DNA of 64,000 nt, from contig JANHCV010000003.1 in assembly GCA_025594325.1 (NCBI GenBank), forward strand, positions 2,542,001 through 2,606,000, written 5' to 3'. The position numbers were made by a program, and so were the translations under genes. Every line of letters starts with the position of its first letter. Within the stretch, counting starts at the first letter, position 1. Of this stretch, positions 1 through 11,359 are shown piece by piece. The notes under the pieces are model-generated. The model did not search any database. It was not told where the DNA came from and worked only from the letters and a program-made list of their open reading frames with translations. The stretch comes from Blastocladiella emersonii ATCC 22665 (Eukaryota; Fungi; Blastocladiomycota).

Positions 1-1
1 G

Positions 2-829
2 CGGGAGCACTACGACGCGCAGTCGACGCTGCCGCCCGACTACCTCGACCACGTCTTCTTCAACGCGTCCGCCGCCGTCGCGTGGCCCAAACCACTCCGG
101 CCGCGCCCGCGCCGCATGTCGACGCTCGCGGACCTCCACGGCGTGCGCGCCGCCGCCGAGCTCGCCCGCGAGCACGGCGGGCGGTTGCCCGCGTGGGCGC
201 ACGACCCGGCGGCTGACCAGGCGCTCGAGCGCGCCGCGGCTGGCGGTTCCGGTGGGGCAGGGGCGGGTAGCGCGAAGCCGGATACCTCGGCCGCGGACGA
301 GGCCGCCGCCCTGCTACTCGCGGCCAACGCCGACGGGACGGGCACGGGGCCCGCCGGCGGTGGTTCCGGCAGCGATGGAGCCGCCGGTTCCTCGGCCGAC
401 GCGTCCTCCGGCACGCCCGCCACGGTGCGCGGCCGCCGGTTCCCGCAGTTCCTCATGGACATGGACTTCCCAACGACCGCGGCCGACGACGACGCCGACG
501 AGTTTTTCGCGCCCGTCGACGTCGTGGACGTGCTGCTGGTCGCGGTCGCGGCGGCGGGCGCGTTTGGCGTTGTGCGCAATCTGCGCGGCGGCGAACCGCC
601 CGCGGTCGCGGCCACGGCGCGGCCGTCAAGCTGGACGGCGATGGCGGCCAAGCTGACGGGCGGCGTGCTCGGGTCACCGACCGCGGGGTCTGCGGGCGGG
701 AGCGCCAAGTCGCCGCGCGTGCTGCCGATGCGCCGGCAGAGCGTCGCGTACCGCGCGGTCGCCGGCGGGGCGGAAGACGTGCCGATGGTCCCCCCTTCGC
801 AGCGGTACGACGAGACCAAGACGCTCTGA
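2..829 (+). CDS. 3' part of a gene entering from the left edge; probable membrane-anchored protein, function unassigned
   Basis: The frame is open from position 2 (REHYDAQSTLPPDYLDHVFF...) through ORF 116..829. It has host-like codon usage, a hydrophobic segment VLLVAVAAAGAFGVV near the C-terminus, and an AT-richer 3' end after the stop. Confidence 0.5.
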   Translation, partial: REHYDAQSTLPPDYLDHVFFNASAAVAWPKPLRPRPRRMSTLADLHGVRAAAELAREHGGRLPAWAHDPAADQALERAAAGGSGGAGAGSAKPDTSAADEAAALLLAANADGTGTGPAGGGSGSDGAAGSSADASSGTPATVRGRRFPQFLMDMDFPTTAADDDADEFFAPVDVVDVLLVAVAAAGAFGVVRNLRGGEPPAVAATARPSSWTAMAAKLTGGVLGSPTAGSAGGSAKSPRVLPMRRQSVAYRAVAGGAEDVPMVPPSQRYDETKTL

Positions 830-851
830 ACATTACAATACAAACTTCCTA

Positions 852-1849
852 TTAGTGCTTCCCACCGCGCAACCGGCGTACATCCCGCTCCTCCTCCCTG
901 ATCCTCCCGCGCACCCGTGCGAGCTCCGCGACCGCGGCCTTGAACTCGTCGCCGAGCTCGTACGCCGCGAGCGCGCGTGCGCACCGCCGGTCCGTCTCCC
1001 TGAGCACCCGCACGCGGTGCGCGAGCGCCGCCGCGACCGCCCGCGCGAGGTGCTGCACCGCGGGGTCCCTCGTCCATGCGTCGGCGCGCGCGCGGGAGGA
1101 CAGGAGGGCGAGTTTGCGCCGTGCGAGAAGGATGATCAGCGAGTAGTACGGCGTCGCGGAGCCGCGCGACGCGCACCGCGCGGCGTGCGCGGCGACGAGC
1201 GAGTGCAGGTGGTCCAGGCACTGCGTCGCCGCAGCGAGGGCGGACGACGCGGCGAAGGCGGACGCGGACGCGGGCGGGGTTGAGAGGGAGGAGGTGGGGC
1301 GGCGTAGGTCTGCCAGCAGGTGCTGCGCGTGCTGCGGGACGACGAGATCGGTCGCGATCTCTACACGCTCGGGCAGGGTCAGACGGCGGCGCTCGAGTCG
1401 TACACACTCTCTCAGCGTACCCTGCCCGCGCCCGTGCTCGAGGACACGGAGAAAGTGTCCCTTGATCGCCCGCTCGACGTCCGCGACGGATACCGACTCT
1501 CGTTCGCGGCCCAGCGCCGCCGCCTGGTACAGGACGGGCAGCCCCGCGTACACCGCGGCGGCCGGGTGCGCGCGGAGGTCGGCGTCCGTCACCTCGCCGC
1601 CGGTGTTCCCACGGCCGCCACCGGCGCCGGCGCGCGCGACGTGGTGGTTCAGGATCGCGAGCCGGAGCCACTCGCGCTTGAGGTCCGTCTACACACACGC
1701 CGCTGGCGAGTGAGCGGAGGCGGACAACCGCCAGGAAGGGGAGGCAGTCGACGCACGAGACGGTCGCGCAGCGGGTCGCTCGCGAGGTCCGCGGCCTGCT
1801 TCTGCGCGACGGCGGCCGCGAGCGCGTCGTAGTGGGGTGTTGGTGTCAT
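852..1849 (-). CDS. HAUS augmin-like complex subunit 4-like protein (2 exons: 1849-1757, 1688-852)
   Basis: A GTGCGT...GTAG intron (1756-1689) joins two ORFs in frame (309 aa). The C-terminal LAAYELGDEFKAAVAELARVRGRI resembles the HAUS4 C-terminal helix (YExLGxEFxxLVxEY). Confidence 0.5.
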
Positions 1850-1942
1850 GGCTGCCGACTCTGTCGCTGAAGAAGATGCATGGAGTGTGAAGTAGGCACG
1901 ACCAAATGAGATGTATCAAAACTGTAAGTGAGAGAAGAGAAT

Positions 1943-4768
1943 CTACTCTGCCGCCCCCGCCGCCCCCGTCGCCAGCGTCCCGACGGGCGCGTGCTCGGGG
2001 ACCGAGTGCAGCGACGCAGCGGCCGTGGCAGGGGACGACGGCGTGACGTTTCCGCTGCCGCCCCCGCCGATCGAGAACCGGCGCAACACCGGGCTGCCGA
2101 CCGTGTCCATGGACGCGCGCTTGCTGCTGCTGCTACCACCGCTGCCAGTGTTGACGTGCAGGACCGACCGGATGCTCGTCGCGATGGCGTGCCCCGAGAA
2201 CCGCCGGTTGCGGTGCAGCCGGCTGCTGCTGCTCGTCGACGCGGACGCCGCGGTGCCCGCGCTCGACAGGGACCCGTGCGAGTTGGACGGCGTCAGCGGC
2301 GAGTTGGGCGTCTTGACCGGCGGAGCCGGGGCAGCCGCCACAGCCAGCGGCGCCGCGACAGTGAGCGGGCGCAGGTCGCCTGGCGAGCTCGACGGCCAGT
2401 CCGGGTTAGGCTGCGGGAGCGGCGGCATGGGCGGCGCGGGCGTCGGGTCCGCGGCGACCGACGCGCGCGGGTTCCCGCTGACGCCGACGGTGGTGGCGAG
2501 CGACGACGCCGACGCCGCGCGCTGTTTCGGCGAGCTCGCCGCGAGGGACGACGGGTGCGACTCGTTGCCGTGCGGGAAGTAAAAGGACCCGCCGCCGCCG
2601 GCCTTGCTCCCGTTGTGGAACAGCGTGCCGTCGGTCGCGCCCGAGGATCCCGTCGGCAGGCCGCCGGCGCGGCGCAGGACCTGCGCCGTGAACGGGTCGA
2701 GCGAGTGGCGCAGCGTCGTCGGCGTGTCGACGGCCGCTTCCTCCTCTTCTTCGGCGGGAGGAGCGAGGTGCGCCGTGGCGAGCGCGAGCGCCTCGGTCGC
2801 GGGGAGCGAGTCGTGGTGCACGGGCGCGGGCGGGACCTCCCGCGCCGCACTCGCTGCGAGCGGGCTGATGGCGGGGACCGGCGGCGGCGCCGGGTCGTTG
2901 AGGACGGCGAGGAGCGGGTGGAACGCGGCGTAGTGGTCCGGCGCGGACCGCGTGGCCGTTCTCGCGGCGTCCGACGTGCGGCCGCGCGGTTCCGCGAGCG
3001 AGGCAGGCACATTCCGCGGCGGCGAGCTCGACAACGGCGCACCGTCCACGTCCGTGAGCAGCTGGACGAGCCAGTTGGACAGCGTCGAGGACGTCGAGTC
3101 GGGCCGATGCTGCATGCGCTGCTGCTGGAAGTGCAGCTGGCGCATGGCCGGGTTCAGCGGCTCGACGTCGGTCCACGACACGGGGACGCCGATCCCCAGC
3201 TCGCCGCTGCTCCCCCGGGCGCCGCGCCGCGGCGAGTGCGTCGAACTGGACATGGACCCGTGCGCCGTGCCACCCGTCACGGTGGTCCGGTGCTGGCGCG
3301 ACGCGGGGCGCGGGATCGGCTGGTTCGGGCTGGGCGAGCGCGAGCGGGACCGCGCGCGGGTATCCGAGGGAGGAAGCGACACGGCGAAGGGCGACTGCGT
3401 GCTCGGCGTCGCGATGGCGGGCGCGAGGCCCTGGATCAGCGACACGTTGCGCGCGGGCGGCTCGGCGATGATGGCGGGGACGGGCATGGGCGGGAGGGCG
3501 TCGACAAAGGAGGCGCGCGGCGTGAGTTGCTGTTGTGGTGGTGCGGTCAGGGCACGCGGTCGTGCGGGCTCGAGCAGCGGCGACGTGAGAGTCGGGTCGG
3601 ACGCGAACCCCGAGTCGGCGGGCGTCGACGCAATCGACCGCGTGTCGGGGATGGCGGCGTCTAGGTAGTCCTCATCATCATCGTCATCGTCGTCGTGATG
3701 GTGGAACAGGTCGCGCGTCGAGCTCCAGACGCGGCGCAGCTTGCGGCGGACCTTGCCCCACGGCGACTTCTGCAGGGTACGTCCGCGCGGGCCCGTGTCG
3801 GTGACGGCGGTCCGGAGCGTCGCGCCCGAATTCAGCCCCGACGGCATCCCCGCGCTCGGCCGACGCGTACGGCGCGCGACCGAGATGCGGGCGGGCGAGA
3901 AGGAGCGCGCGCTCTGGGCCGAGATATCGCGGAGCGGCGGCGGGCGGGTGTAGGGCAGCGGCGTGGTGGCGGCGACCTGCGACTCGAGGTAGCCGACAAT
4001 CGACTCGTACTGGGCGACGGCGGCGCGCAGGTCGACGACCTCGTTGCGCAGGGCGTCGCGCTCGCGCAGCACGTTGCGCAGGGTGCGGTCCACCTTGCGC
4101 CGCGCGTCGCGCTCCGCCGCCAGGTCCGCCTTGAGCTCGCTCGCCTTGGCGCGCAGCCGGTCGACGATGGCGGGGCTCGAGCCCGTGTTGGCAGCGCGGC
4201 GCCGTGGGCTGCTAGCGATGGCGGGCGGCGATGCGCGCGGAGGAGGGCTCCCGCCGCTGCCGCTGTCGCGGGCGCGGCGCGGTGGGGACCGGTTCGCGCT
4301 CGCCTGGCGGTGCAGGAAGTTGGGGCGGCGCGTGAAGCCGGCGGGCAGGACCTCGTCACTGGCGGACATGGTGGGCGCGGGCGTCGGGCGGCGCGGCGGC
4401 GTGGTGGCGGGCGACGGCAGGCCGCAGTGGTAGCAGCACATGGCGGCGACGTCGCTCCCCGCCACGGCCTCATCGTCGGCCCGGTGGGCATCGGGTGCGG
4501 GTGCTGCTGCTGGTGGCGCAGCGGGAGGCGGTGGCGAGGCCGGGAACACCGGCGCGCCGGCCGTGTCGCGCAGGAGCGAGAGGGTGCCCTGGCGCAGGTG
4601 GCGCGCGACGGCCGAGGGCGGCGGCGAGGGCGATGGCGAGAGAGGTGTCGCGGCACCAGCGGCCGAGGACGATGGGCCCGATCTGGAGGTCGACGAGGAC
4701 GACGAGTTGGACGAGGACGACTTGTGCGAGCCCGTGGCGGCGCGGAGAAAGTCGAGCAGGCGCGCCAT
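1943..4768 (-). CDS. 941-aa Ser/Pro/Ala-rich protein with a central coiled coil; function unknown
   Basis: Long ATG-initiated ORF with host-like codon bias. Heptad segment IVDRLRAKASELKADLAAERDARRKVDRTLRNVLRERDALRNEVVDLR; the rest is low complexity. Confidence 0.7.
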   Translation of the reverse strand: MARLLDFLRAATGSHKSSSSNSSSSSTSRSGPSSSAAGAATPLSPSPSPPPSAVARHLRQGTLSLLRDTAGAPVFPASPPPPAAPPAAAPAPDAHRADDEAVAGSDVAAMCCYHCGLPSPATTPPRRPTPAPTMSASDEVLPAGFTRRPNFLHRQASANRSPPRRARDSGSGGSPPPRASPPAIASSPRRRAANTGSSPAIVDRLRAKASELKADLAAERDARRKVDRTLRNVLRERDALRNEVVDLRAAVAQYESIVGYLESQVAATTPLPYTRPPPLRDISAQSARSFSPARISVARRTRRPSAGMPSGLNSGATLRTAVTDTGPRGRTLQKSPWGKVRRKLRRVWSSTRDLFHHHDDDDDDDEDYLDAAIPDTRSIASTPADSGFASDPTLTSPLLEPARPRALTAPPQQQLTPRASFVDALPPMPVPAIIAEPPARNVSLIQGLAPAIATPSTQSPFAVSLPPSDTRARSRSRSPSPNQPIPRPASRQHRTTVTGGTAHGSMSSSTHSPRRGARGSSGELGIGVPVSWTDVEPLNPAMRQLHFQQQRMQHRPDSTSSTLSNWLVQLLTDVDGAPLSSSPPRNVPASLAEPRGRTSDAARTATRSAPDHYAAFHPLLAVLNDPAPPPVPAISPLAASAAREVPPAPVHHDSLPATEALALATAHLAPPAEEEEEAAVDTPTTLRHSLDPFTAQVLRRAGGLPTGSSGATDGTLFHNGSKAGGGGSFYFPHGNESHPSSLAASSPKQRAASASSLATTVGVSGNPRASVAADPTPAPPMPPLPQPNPDWPSSSPGDLRPLTVAAPLAVAAAPAPPVKTPNSPLTPSNSHGSLSSAGTAASASTSSSSRLHRNRRFSGHAIATSIRSVLHVNTGSGGSSSSKRASMDTVGSPVLRRFSIGGGGSGNVTPSSPATAAASLHSVPEHAPVGTLATGAAGAAE

Positions 4769-5347
4769 GGCGGACGGGCGGGCGGCGCAGTGCGTTGCTG
4801 CAAGTTGCAGGGTGAGTGTAGTCTAGTAGCTGCGTGGACGCCGAGGCGGGGAGGATCGAATTTGGGGGGAGGAGGGAGCGAAGGAGGGCGGAGCCGGAGT
4901 CGTGGCGCTCGTCAATCAGCGGCTCGACGTCAGCGTGGGAACTCCGGGCACTCCACCGCCGAACCAATCGGACGCCGCATCGCCGTGCTTCGCGCTGCAC
5001 ATGCTGCAGCGAGGCAGCAGCGAATTCGAAACGCGGTCGCATGACGGAGAAGATCTGGGGCTGCTGCTCGCGTGACCGGCACGCCGCCGTGTCTCGCGCG
5101 CGATGCGAGACGCGTCGCGCCTTCCGCCGCTGCCCCGCCTCGACCTTCCCCGCGCTCTGTCCCGCGTCCCGAGTCCCTTGTTCCGCCTGATGTGCCTCAC
5201 CACCCGCCCAACCATGCGCTCGCGCCTCGGCGCCGCCCATCGGCCCCCGGCACCTCCACCCGATCCGCCACGCGCTCCCGCTCACGGACATTCCGGCCAC
5301 GAAGCAAATGCGAATGAACTCCCAACCTTTCTGCTGCCCGCCGTACC

Positions 5348-7217
5348 ATGGCCATGAATGAACCATCGCTGTCACTGCCACCAACAGCACTCAATGCATC
5401 TGCCGTCGCCGCCGCGGCCACGGCGTCCACCCCCATGGCCGCGCTGGTCGGCGACGCGGCGTGGACCACGGCCCTCATCTACACTGGTCCGTCATCCGAC
5501 CACCTCCCACCACCCCCATGCGAGCTCATCTCCCCGCAACGTAGAATCGGTCATCTTCGCGACCTTCGCCGTCGCGCTTTCGCTCCTGTGCTCGATCGCG
5601 ACGACGCTGCGGTGCCGGCGGACATGGACCGCGTTCCACGGGTTCGCCCTCGTCGAGTCGTTTCTCGCGCTGACGGGCGACCTCGTCTCGCTGTCGCTCC
5701 TACTCCTGACGCGCAGCGTGTGCAGCGCCGAGGACGTGCTGGTGACCGTCATCGTCGACGTGATCTCGCTCGTCCACACCTGCCTCGTCGTGCTGCGCCT
5801 CGGCGTGTTCCGCCACGTCTCGCAGGTCGCCGAGCCGTTCCGCCGCGCCCTGCTCGTCGGCACCCCGCTCGTCTTCATCGTCATTGAGGCGACGACGCTG
5901 TCCGACGCGTGCAACGCCGTGTGGGCCATGCCCGCATCATCGACCACGACGTCCATGACCTCGGTCGTCAAGTCCGCGGTCGGGTTTGACCTGACCGACC
6001 TGCCCGGGCTGCCGCAGTGGCTGACCTTCAAGGACCGGCGCACCTGGTTCTCGGTGTGGCTCGGGTACTCTGTCCTCGTCACCCTGTTCGCGTGCGCGGC
6101 GTCGCACAACGCGCTGCGGCGGATCCGCGGGCGGCAGCGGTACCGGGCGCTCGACGACGCGGTGCGCATTGACGCGGCCATGGCGCAGTGCCAGTGGATG
6201 CTGCAGTGGTCGGCGCCCGCGCTCGCCGCCGACTTTGCCGCGTATTTGGGATTGCCGCACCCGCTCAACCTCGCCGTCTCGGCCTTCTTCAACCGCGTCT
6301 TCCTCCTCGCCCAGATCTGGTACCTGATCCTCCTCAACAAGGTCGTCGTCCAGGTCGCCTCGCTGCCCACCGCGGCGGCGGCGGCGGCGGCGGCTCCAGC
6401 CGCGGCTGGGACCGCGCCACTGTCGACTGCGGCGCCCTCGAGCAGCAAGTCGCTCCGCGTCCCCGGCGTGCCCATGATCCTGACCCAGCGCCCGTCCGAG
6501 ACGAGCGTACTCCCCTCGCTCGGCGACGTGGCACGGATCCCGCCCGCAGCGCCGTCACCTACACCGACAATCCACCCGGGCTCGGCCGCCGCGCTCCTGT
6601 CGCCGTTCCTGAGCCTGTCCTCGGCCGCCTCGTCAACGCCGTCGTCGCCCATGCGGCTCTGGGCCGTGTCGGCGTTCGGCCTCGCGAGCCCGCGCGTGAG
6701 CCGCACCTCGCTCTCGGCGGGCGCCAGCAGCCCCAAGTCCGCGTTCGCGTCGCCCGACATCAGCCCGGCCGCGTCGCCCAACCTGTCCGCGCGGCGGAGC
6801 ACCATCGGCGACGCGGTCCGCGCCGCTGCTGCCGCGAGCGCGATCGTCGCACCTCCGCTCCACGGTGGCGCGGGCACGCTGCTAACACGCCGCGGGCTGC
6901 AAGACGACGTGCCGCTCGAGCCATCGCGCCCGGGCGGCGGCGGCGGCGGTGGCGGCGGGACCCTGCCGCTCCCGTCGAGCCTCAGCGCGGCGGGGAGTGT
7001 GGCGAGCGACGACACCGAGCAGCGGCCGTGGACGACACCGCCCATGTACCCGATCACGCGCGACGCGGGCGTGGACACGCGCGACCGCGCGGGGCGCGAG
7101 ATCGCGACGGTGGGGAGGATGAAGTCGGCCAAGTCTGTGGCCTCGACGCACTACGGGACCGCGGCGAGGACGCTGGCGCGGGATCGCGGGTCCGAGGACG
7201 AGGGCGTGGCGCAGTGA
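5348..7217 (+). CDS. Seven-transmembrane GPCR-like protein with long Ser/Pro-rich cytoplasmic tail (intron 5487-5544)
   Basis: Splicing gives MAMNEPSL...TALIYT-ESVIFATFAVALSLL. About seven hydrophobic helices follow, then a ~300-aa low-complexity tail. Confidence 0.6.
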
Positions 7218-7281
7218 TCGATCGAGTGGGTGAATAGAAACGGTTGTAATCAATACGCGTGGGGGGAGGGAATGGGGGAAA

Positions 7282-8253
7282 TCAGTCGTCGTCGTCCGAC
7301 TCATCGTCGCCGTCGCCGAGGTCGCGCTCGCGGCGGCCGTGGTCGATCTCGAGCCCACGCAACCGGCGCGACGGTTCGGCACCGTTGTTCTCGGCGCGCC
7401 GCTTCGCCGCCGTCGCAGCGGCCGCGTCCATGGGGCACTCGTCGCGGGCCGAGAGCGCGCCGTGGCTGAGCAGGATGGCCTCGCAGTCGTCCACGTCAAA
7501 CGCCTCGTTCCCGCCGGCCTGCTCCTCCATGTCGTCGGTGGCGCGGATCAGGTTGGCGACGAGGTCGCCGGCGCGGTAGACCTGGAGGACCGGGAGGGCG
7601 AGGTGGTCGAGGTCCGGGTCGGCGGCGGCGGCGCGGATGCGCAGGAACTTTGCGTGGCCGTAGCGCGTGGCGAGCTCGGTCAGGTGGCGGTTGAGCCGCT
7701 GGCACTCGGGAATGTACGGCTCGTAGACGTGAACCACGACCGAGACCTGCTTGTGCTCCTCGTCCACCTCCTTGAGGAACTGCGACACGCCGATCTCGCG
7801 GAACGCGCCGAACGTCGGCAGCTGCTGCGACCGCCCGGCCTTGACCATGTCGTCGAGGCGCATCTGGCGGTACCGGTCGAGCACCTCGGCCTCGAGCTCG
7901 GCGTCGAGCTCGTCGAGCGTCGCGTCGTCGTCCTCATCCTCGGGACTCGCGGCGGTAGTGCTGCCACCGCGCAGCGCCTGGCGGTCGATCTTGGCGAGAT
8001 AGTCGGCGTGCTTGGCGCGCTTGTCCTCGGCGGCCAGCTGCTGCTGGTAGCGGTAGTCGGCCATGACGCCCTTGGGCCCGGTCTGCGGGCCGCCGTGCAT
8101 CGCAGGCGGTGGACCCATGCCGCCAAACCCCTCGGGCATGGTGGCCTCCGAGTCGGCGGCATCGGGGTCGGGCTCGCCAAACGCGCGCGGCTCGAACGTG
8201 TCGGCGTCGCTCTGCCGGATGGCGCGGATCAGGCGCTCGTCGAGGTCGGTCAT
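7282..8253 (-). CDS. PDCL: Phosducin-like protein 1 (G-beta-gamma/CCT co-chaperone)
   Basis: N-terminal TGPKGVxADY signature, followed by a thioredoxin-like phosducin domain (VVVHVYEPYIPECQRLN...KFLRI...LPVLQVYRAGDLV). Confidence 0.9.
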   Translation of the reverse strand: MTDLDERLIRAIRQSDADTFEPRAFGEPDPDAADSEATMPEGFGGMGPPPAMHGGPQTGPKGVMADYRYQQQLAAEDKRAKHADYLAKIDRQALRGGSTTAASPEDEDDDATLDELDAELEAEVLDRYRQMRLDDMVKAGRSQQLPTFGAFREIGVSQFLKEVDEEHKQVSVVVHVYEPYIPECQRLNRHLTELATRYGHAKFLRIRAAAADPDLDHLALPVLQVYRAGDLVANLIRATDDMEEQAGGNEAFDVDDCEAILLSHGALSARDECPMDAAAATAAKRRAENNGAEPSRRLRGLEIDHGRRERDLGDGDDESDDDD

Positions 8254-8478
8254 GGTGCGTGCGTTGCGTTGCGGGCAGTGTGGTTTGCTTGCTGTCTACG
8301 TCGCCGCGGCGGACAGATGGACGAGAGGAGAAGAGGGAGGAGGGGGAGACGCGTGGCGCGGCGGACACCACGCGTCGGCTGCCGCACGCGCCACCGCCGC
8401 TGCTTCTTCTTCGGGCCGGTCGCTCGGCCGAGGCTCTCGCTCTCCCCCAAACATCACGTAGCGCATGAAATCCTGACC

Positions 8479-9978
8479 ATGGGCCGACCCGTCCCCACCG
8501 CCTCGGACCCCGACCGCGACGCCGCCGCCAAGCTGCGCGCCATCTTTGCCCAGTGCGCGGCCGACCAGGCCATGCGCGATGCCGGCCTGCCCGCCGCCGT
8601 ACGTCTACCTACTCGTCGCGGGATGCCCGGCCACCACAACGCTCACCCGTGTCGGATGCCGTAGATCCAGTCGGTGCCCATGGACTTTGCCGACTTTGTC
8701 AACGCTCTCAACCCCGCCGACCCGTACCTCACGCGGCTCTTCTCGCACGTCTTCACGGTCCGTCCACTGTTGCTGTTGCCCTTACTGTCCACTCACACCG
8801 ACCTTTGACCGCAACAGGAGACGCGCCGCCGCCACGACCAGGCCATCGCGACCCGCGAGGCCGACGCGCGCGGCCGCCGCATGGCCGTGAGCCTCGCGGG
8901 CGCGGGCACCGTCGACCCGTCGGCCATCACCACCCTGCCCGACCCGCCCTCCTCTGCTGCCACACGGGCAGCCGTGTTCCGCTTCGGCGCCAACCGCCCC
9001 ACCGCCGTCGGTATCCCCCGCACCTACGCCGACCCGTCGAGCACCATCCAGTCGGGCGACCAGGCCAGCGCGTTTCGGGCCGAACTGGCCAGCCAGGTCC
9101 AGCAGGCGGCCGCGGCGCGACGCAACCGCAACCGCGCCACGCCGCTGTCGGCGATCCCCGCCCTCGACGACCTCGCCCAGACCGACTTTTTCTCGGGCCT
9201 CGCTGTACCAAACCCCGCCGCTGACCGGCCCGCCTTCACGCTCGGGTCGACCTTCCCGCCCGCTCCTGTCCCGGCGCGCGTCCCCGTCACCAACGGGCCC
9301 GCCTTCACGTTCGGGTCGCTCGGCCAGCCCGTTTTTGCCCCGTCGAACATCCCCCCCGCTGAACTCCAGGCCCGGATCGACGCCCTGTTCCCGCCGTTGT
9401 CGGACCCAACCCCCTCGAGCTCAACGACGGCGGCAGCGGCTGCGGGCCCGTGGTCGCTGTCGGCCTTCTCCCGTCTCCCGCACCTCCAACGCAGCAACGC
9501 CATGCCGCCCGCCCCGCGCTCCGAGACCGACTCGTCGGACAGCGACGACGGCGGCAGCAGTTCGGGCGACGATGACGGCGGCGATGGGGACGAGGACATG
9601 GACCGCAACTCCGACTCCGACTCGGGCTCCGACTCGGACACGGTGCCGCTCCCGTTCCGAGTGGTCGTATCGCCGGCCGACTTCGCCCAGGCGCACGCGA
9701 GCCTCGTCGAGCATAGCCAGTCGCGATCCTTCAGCTTCTCGCGGTTGCTCACCGACACGTGGCGCCGCATCGATCCGCGGTCGACGGCGCGCGACGGGCA
9801 GCAGCAGGACGAGGAGGAGGGCGAGGAACGCGGCGGCGCGTCCTCGTCGCCATTCTCCCCGTGGGCCCGGCTTGGGGACCGTGGCCGCGACCGCGACCGC
9901 CCGTTTGGCCGCGACGGGAGCAGCGGTGGTGGTGCAGGGTCTCGGCCACAGGGCCGCGGGCGTGGATCGCTGGCGTGA
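8479..9978 (+). CDS. Hypothetical low-complexity protein (3 exons) with acidic tract and FxFG-like motifs
   Basis: ATG at 8479. Two GTAC...AG introns (about 8599-8664 and 8722-8817) join MGRPVPTASD..., IQSVPMDF... and ORF 8881..9978 in frame. Confidence 0.6.
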
Positions 9979-10062
9979 ACTCTCCCTCTCCTAAACAAAC
10001 TGTTGCATTATTCCGTGTATATACCTCCACCCACTCGTTGCTTGCGCACGCACGCACGCACG

Positions 10063-11025
10063 CTAGTCATCGAGAAAGTCGTCGAGCCACGCCTCCATGC
10101 TCGCCACGGCCTGCTTCGCTGGCGCGGCGGCAGGGGCAGGGGTAGGGACAGGCGCATGCGCGGGCGCGGGCGCGGGTGCTGCGGCTCGCGTGGGCGATGG
10201 CGGGCGTGGTGCAGCCGCGGGAGCGGGTTTCGCGGGCGATTTGGACCGCGAGCGGGACCGCGACTTGGCCGTTGCTGATGCTGGCGCGACGGGCGCGTCT
10301 TCGGCGACAGGCATCTCCTCAGGTTGCACCATCTGCTGCACCTCGGCCTCGGCCGCGGGCGGCGCGAGCCCGGGTACCCGCACCTCGAGCGGGAGCGCGG
10401 CGATCAGCGCCTCAAGCTGGTTCAGGTCAATCGCCGCGGTGCCCTCCTGCGCCGCCGGGTCCGAGTCGTCCTGCAGGTCGTCCCACACTAGCTCGTCCTT
10501 GAACTTGAAGGTTCCCGTGCCGCCGAGTGCTGTGCGGGAGGGCGAAAGTTAGGGTTGGCGAGATCTACGGGAAGCGGAGTGGCCGTACCGCTGCGCGTGA
10601 GCCGCGCCTGGAGCGCCTTGGCCGCCGAGCTGCCGTCGTCGAGGACCGACGGGTCCGCGCTCGTCGCGCCGGCGGCGCTGTTCTCGTCGTCGTCGTAGGT
10701 TCCGGGCACTACCAACAGCACACGAATCAGCTCTTCAAACTTAACACAGATCCACCGCGAACAACATACGCGGCTGCTCGTAGCGGAACGCGTTACTCGT
10801 GACAGCGCGCCGCGCAAACTTGCTGTGGACGCCGCGGCCGTCCGACTGCACGTCCTGCGCGGCCTCGGCGTCGGCCGTGACCACCTCCTCGGCGACATAG
10901 TCCTTGAGCACGGCCTGCCCGCGGCCGCGCGGCGCTTCCGCCGCTGCTGCTTCGCCGCCCGCAGCGCCGCGGTGCGCGGCCTGGTACCGCCGCGAGGCCT
11001 TTTGCTTGTGGGCGTCGGGGCGCAT
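10063..11025 (-). CDS. Aven-like protein (3 exons)
   Basis: The spliced product contains four Aven-like blocks in the right order: KFARRAVTSNAFRYE, GTFKFKDELVWD, IDLNQLEALIAALPLEVRV and C-terminal MEAWLDDFLDD. First intron is 10769-10709. Confidence 0.65.
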
Positions 11026-11359
11026 GGTGCGTTGCAGCTAGTTAAGATACATGAGCCCGCTTGGGGGCGTGGTAAAAGGGAAGAAAAGACGAGAGGTGGC
11101 GGGTCGAGGTCGAAAATCAGAACCATCTCCGGCACGTGCGCGGGAGACACACATGAGAGACGCGTCGCGGCGCGCGGCGAGCCGTGTCGGGCAACCGCGC
11201 CGAAAACCGCGATTGCGTCGGCCGCGACACGTTGTGCGTCAGCCGTGACGCGCCGCGAGCACTGCGTGAAAGACGCTCGGCGGCGGTGGGGGACGCTCCG
11301 AAATACGCCCTTCTCAAAGGGCGCCGTAACCGGTCCAAGCTCTCCACCACCACGACTCC

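Noticed and set aside
40-5044. Long overlapping ORFs such as 40..1698(-), 1928..3664(+) and 3695..5044(+)
   Set aside because: Arg/Gly/Pro/Ala-rich antisense or off-frame shadows of real genes. These are expected at more than 70% GC, where stop codons are rare, and they contain no domain motifs.
5348-7217. 7TM protein as an opsin using retinal from Blh
   Set aside because: No Schiff-base lysine in the middle of the predicted TM7 and no microbial-rhodopsin DxxxK motif.
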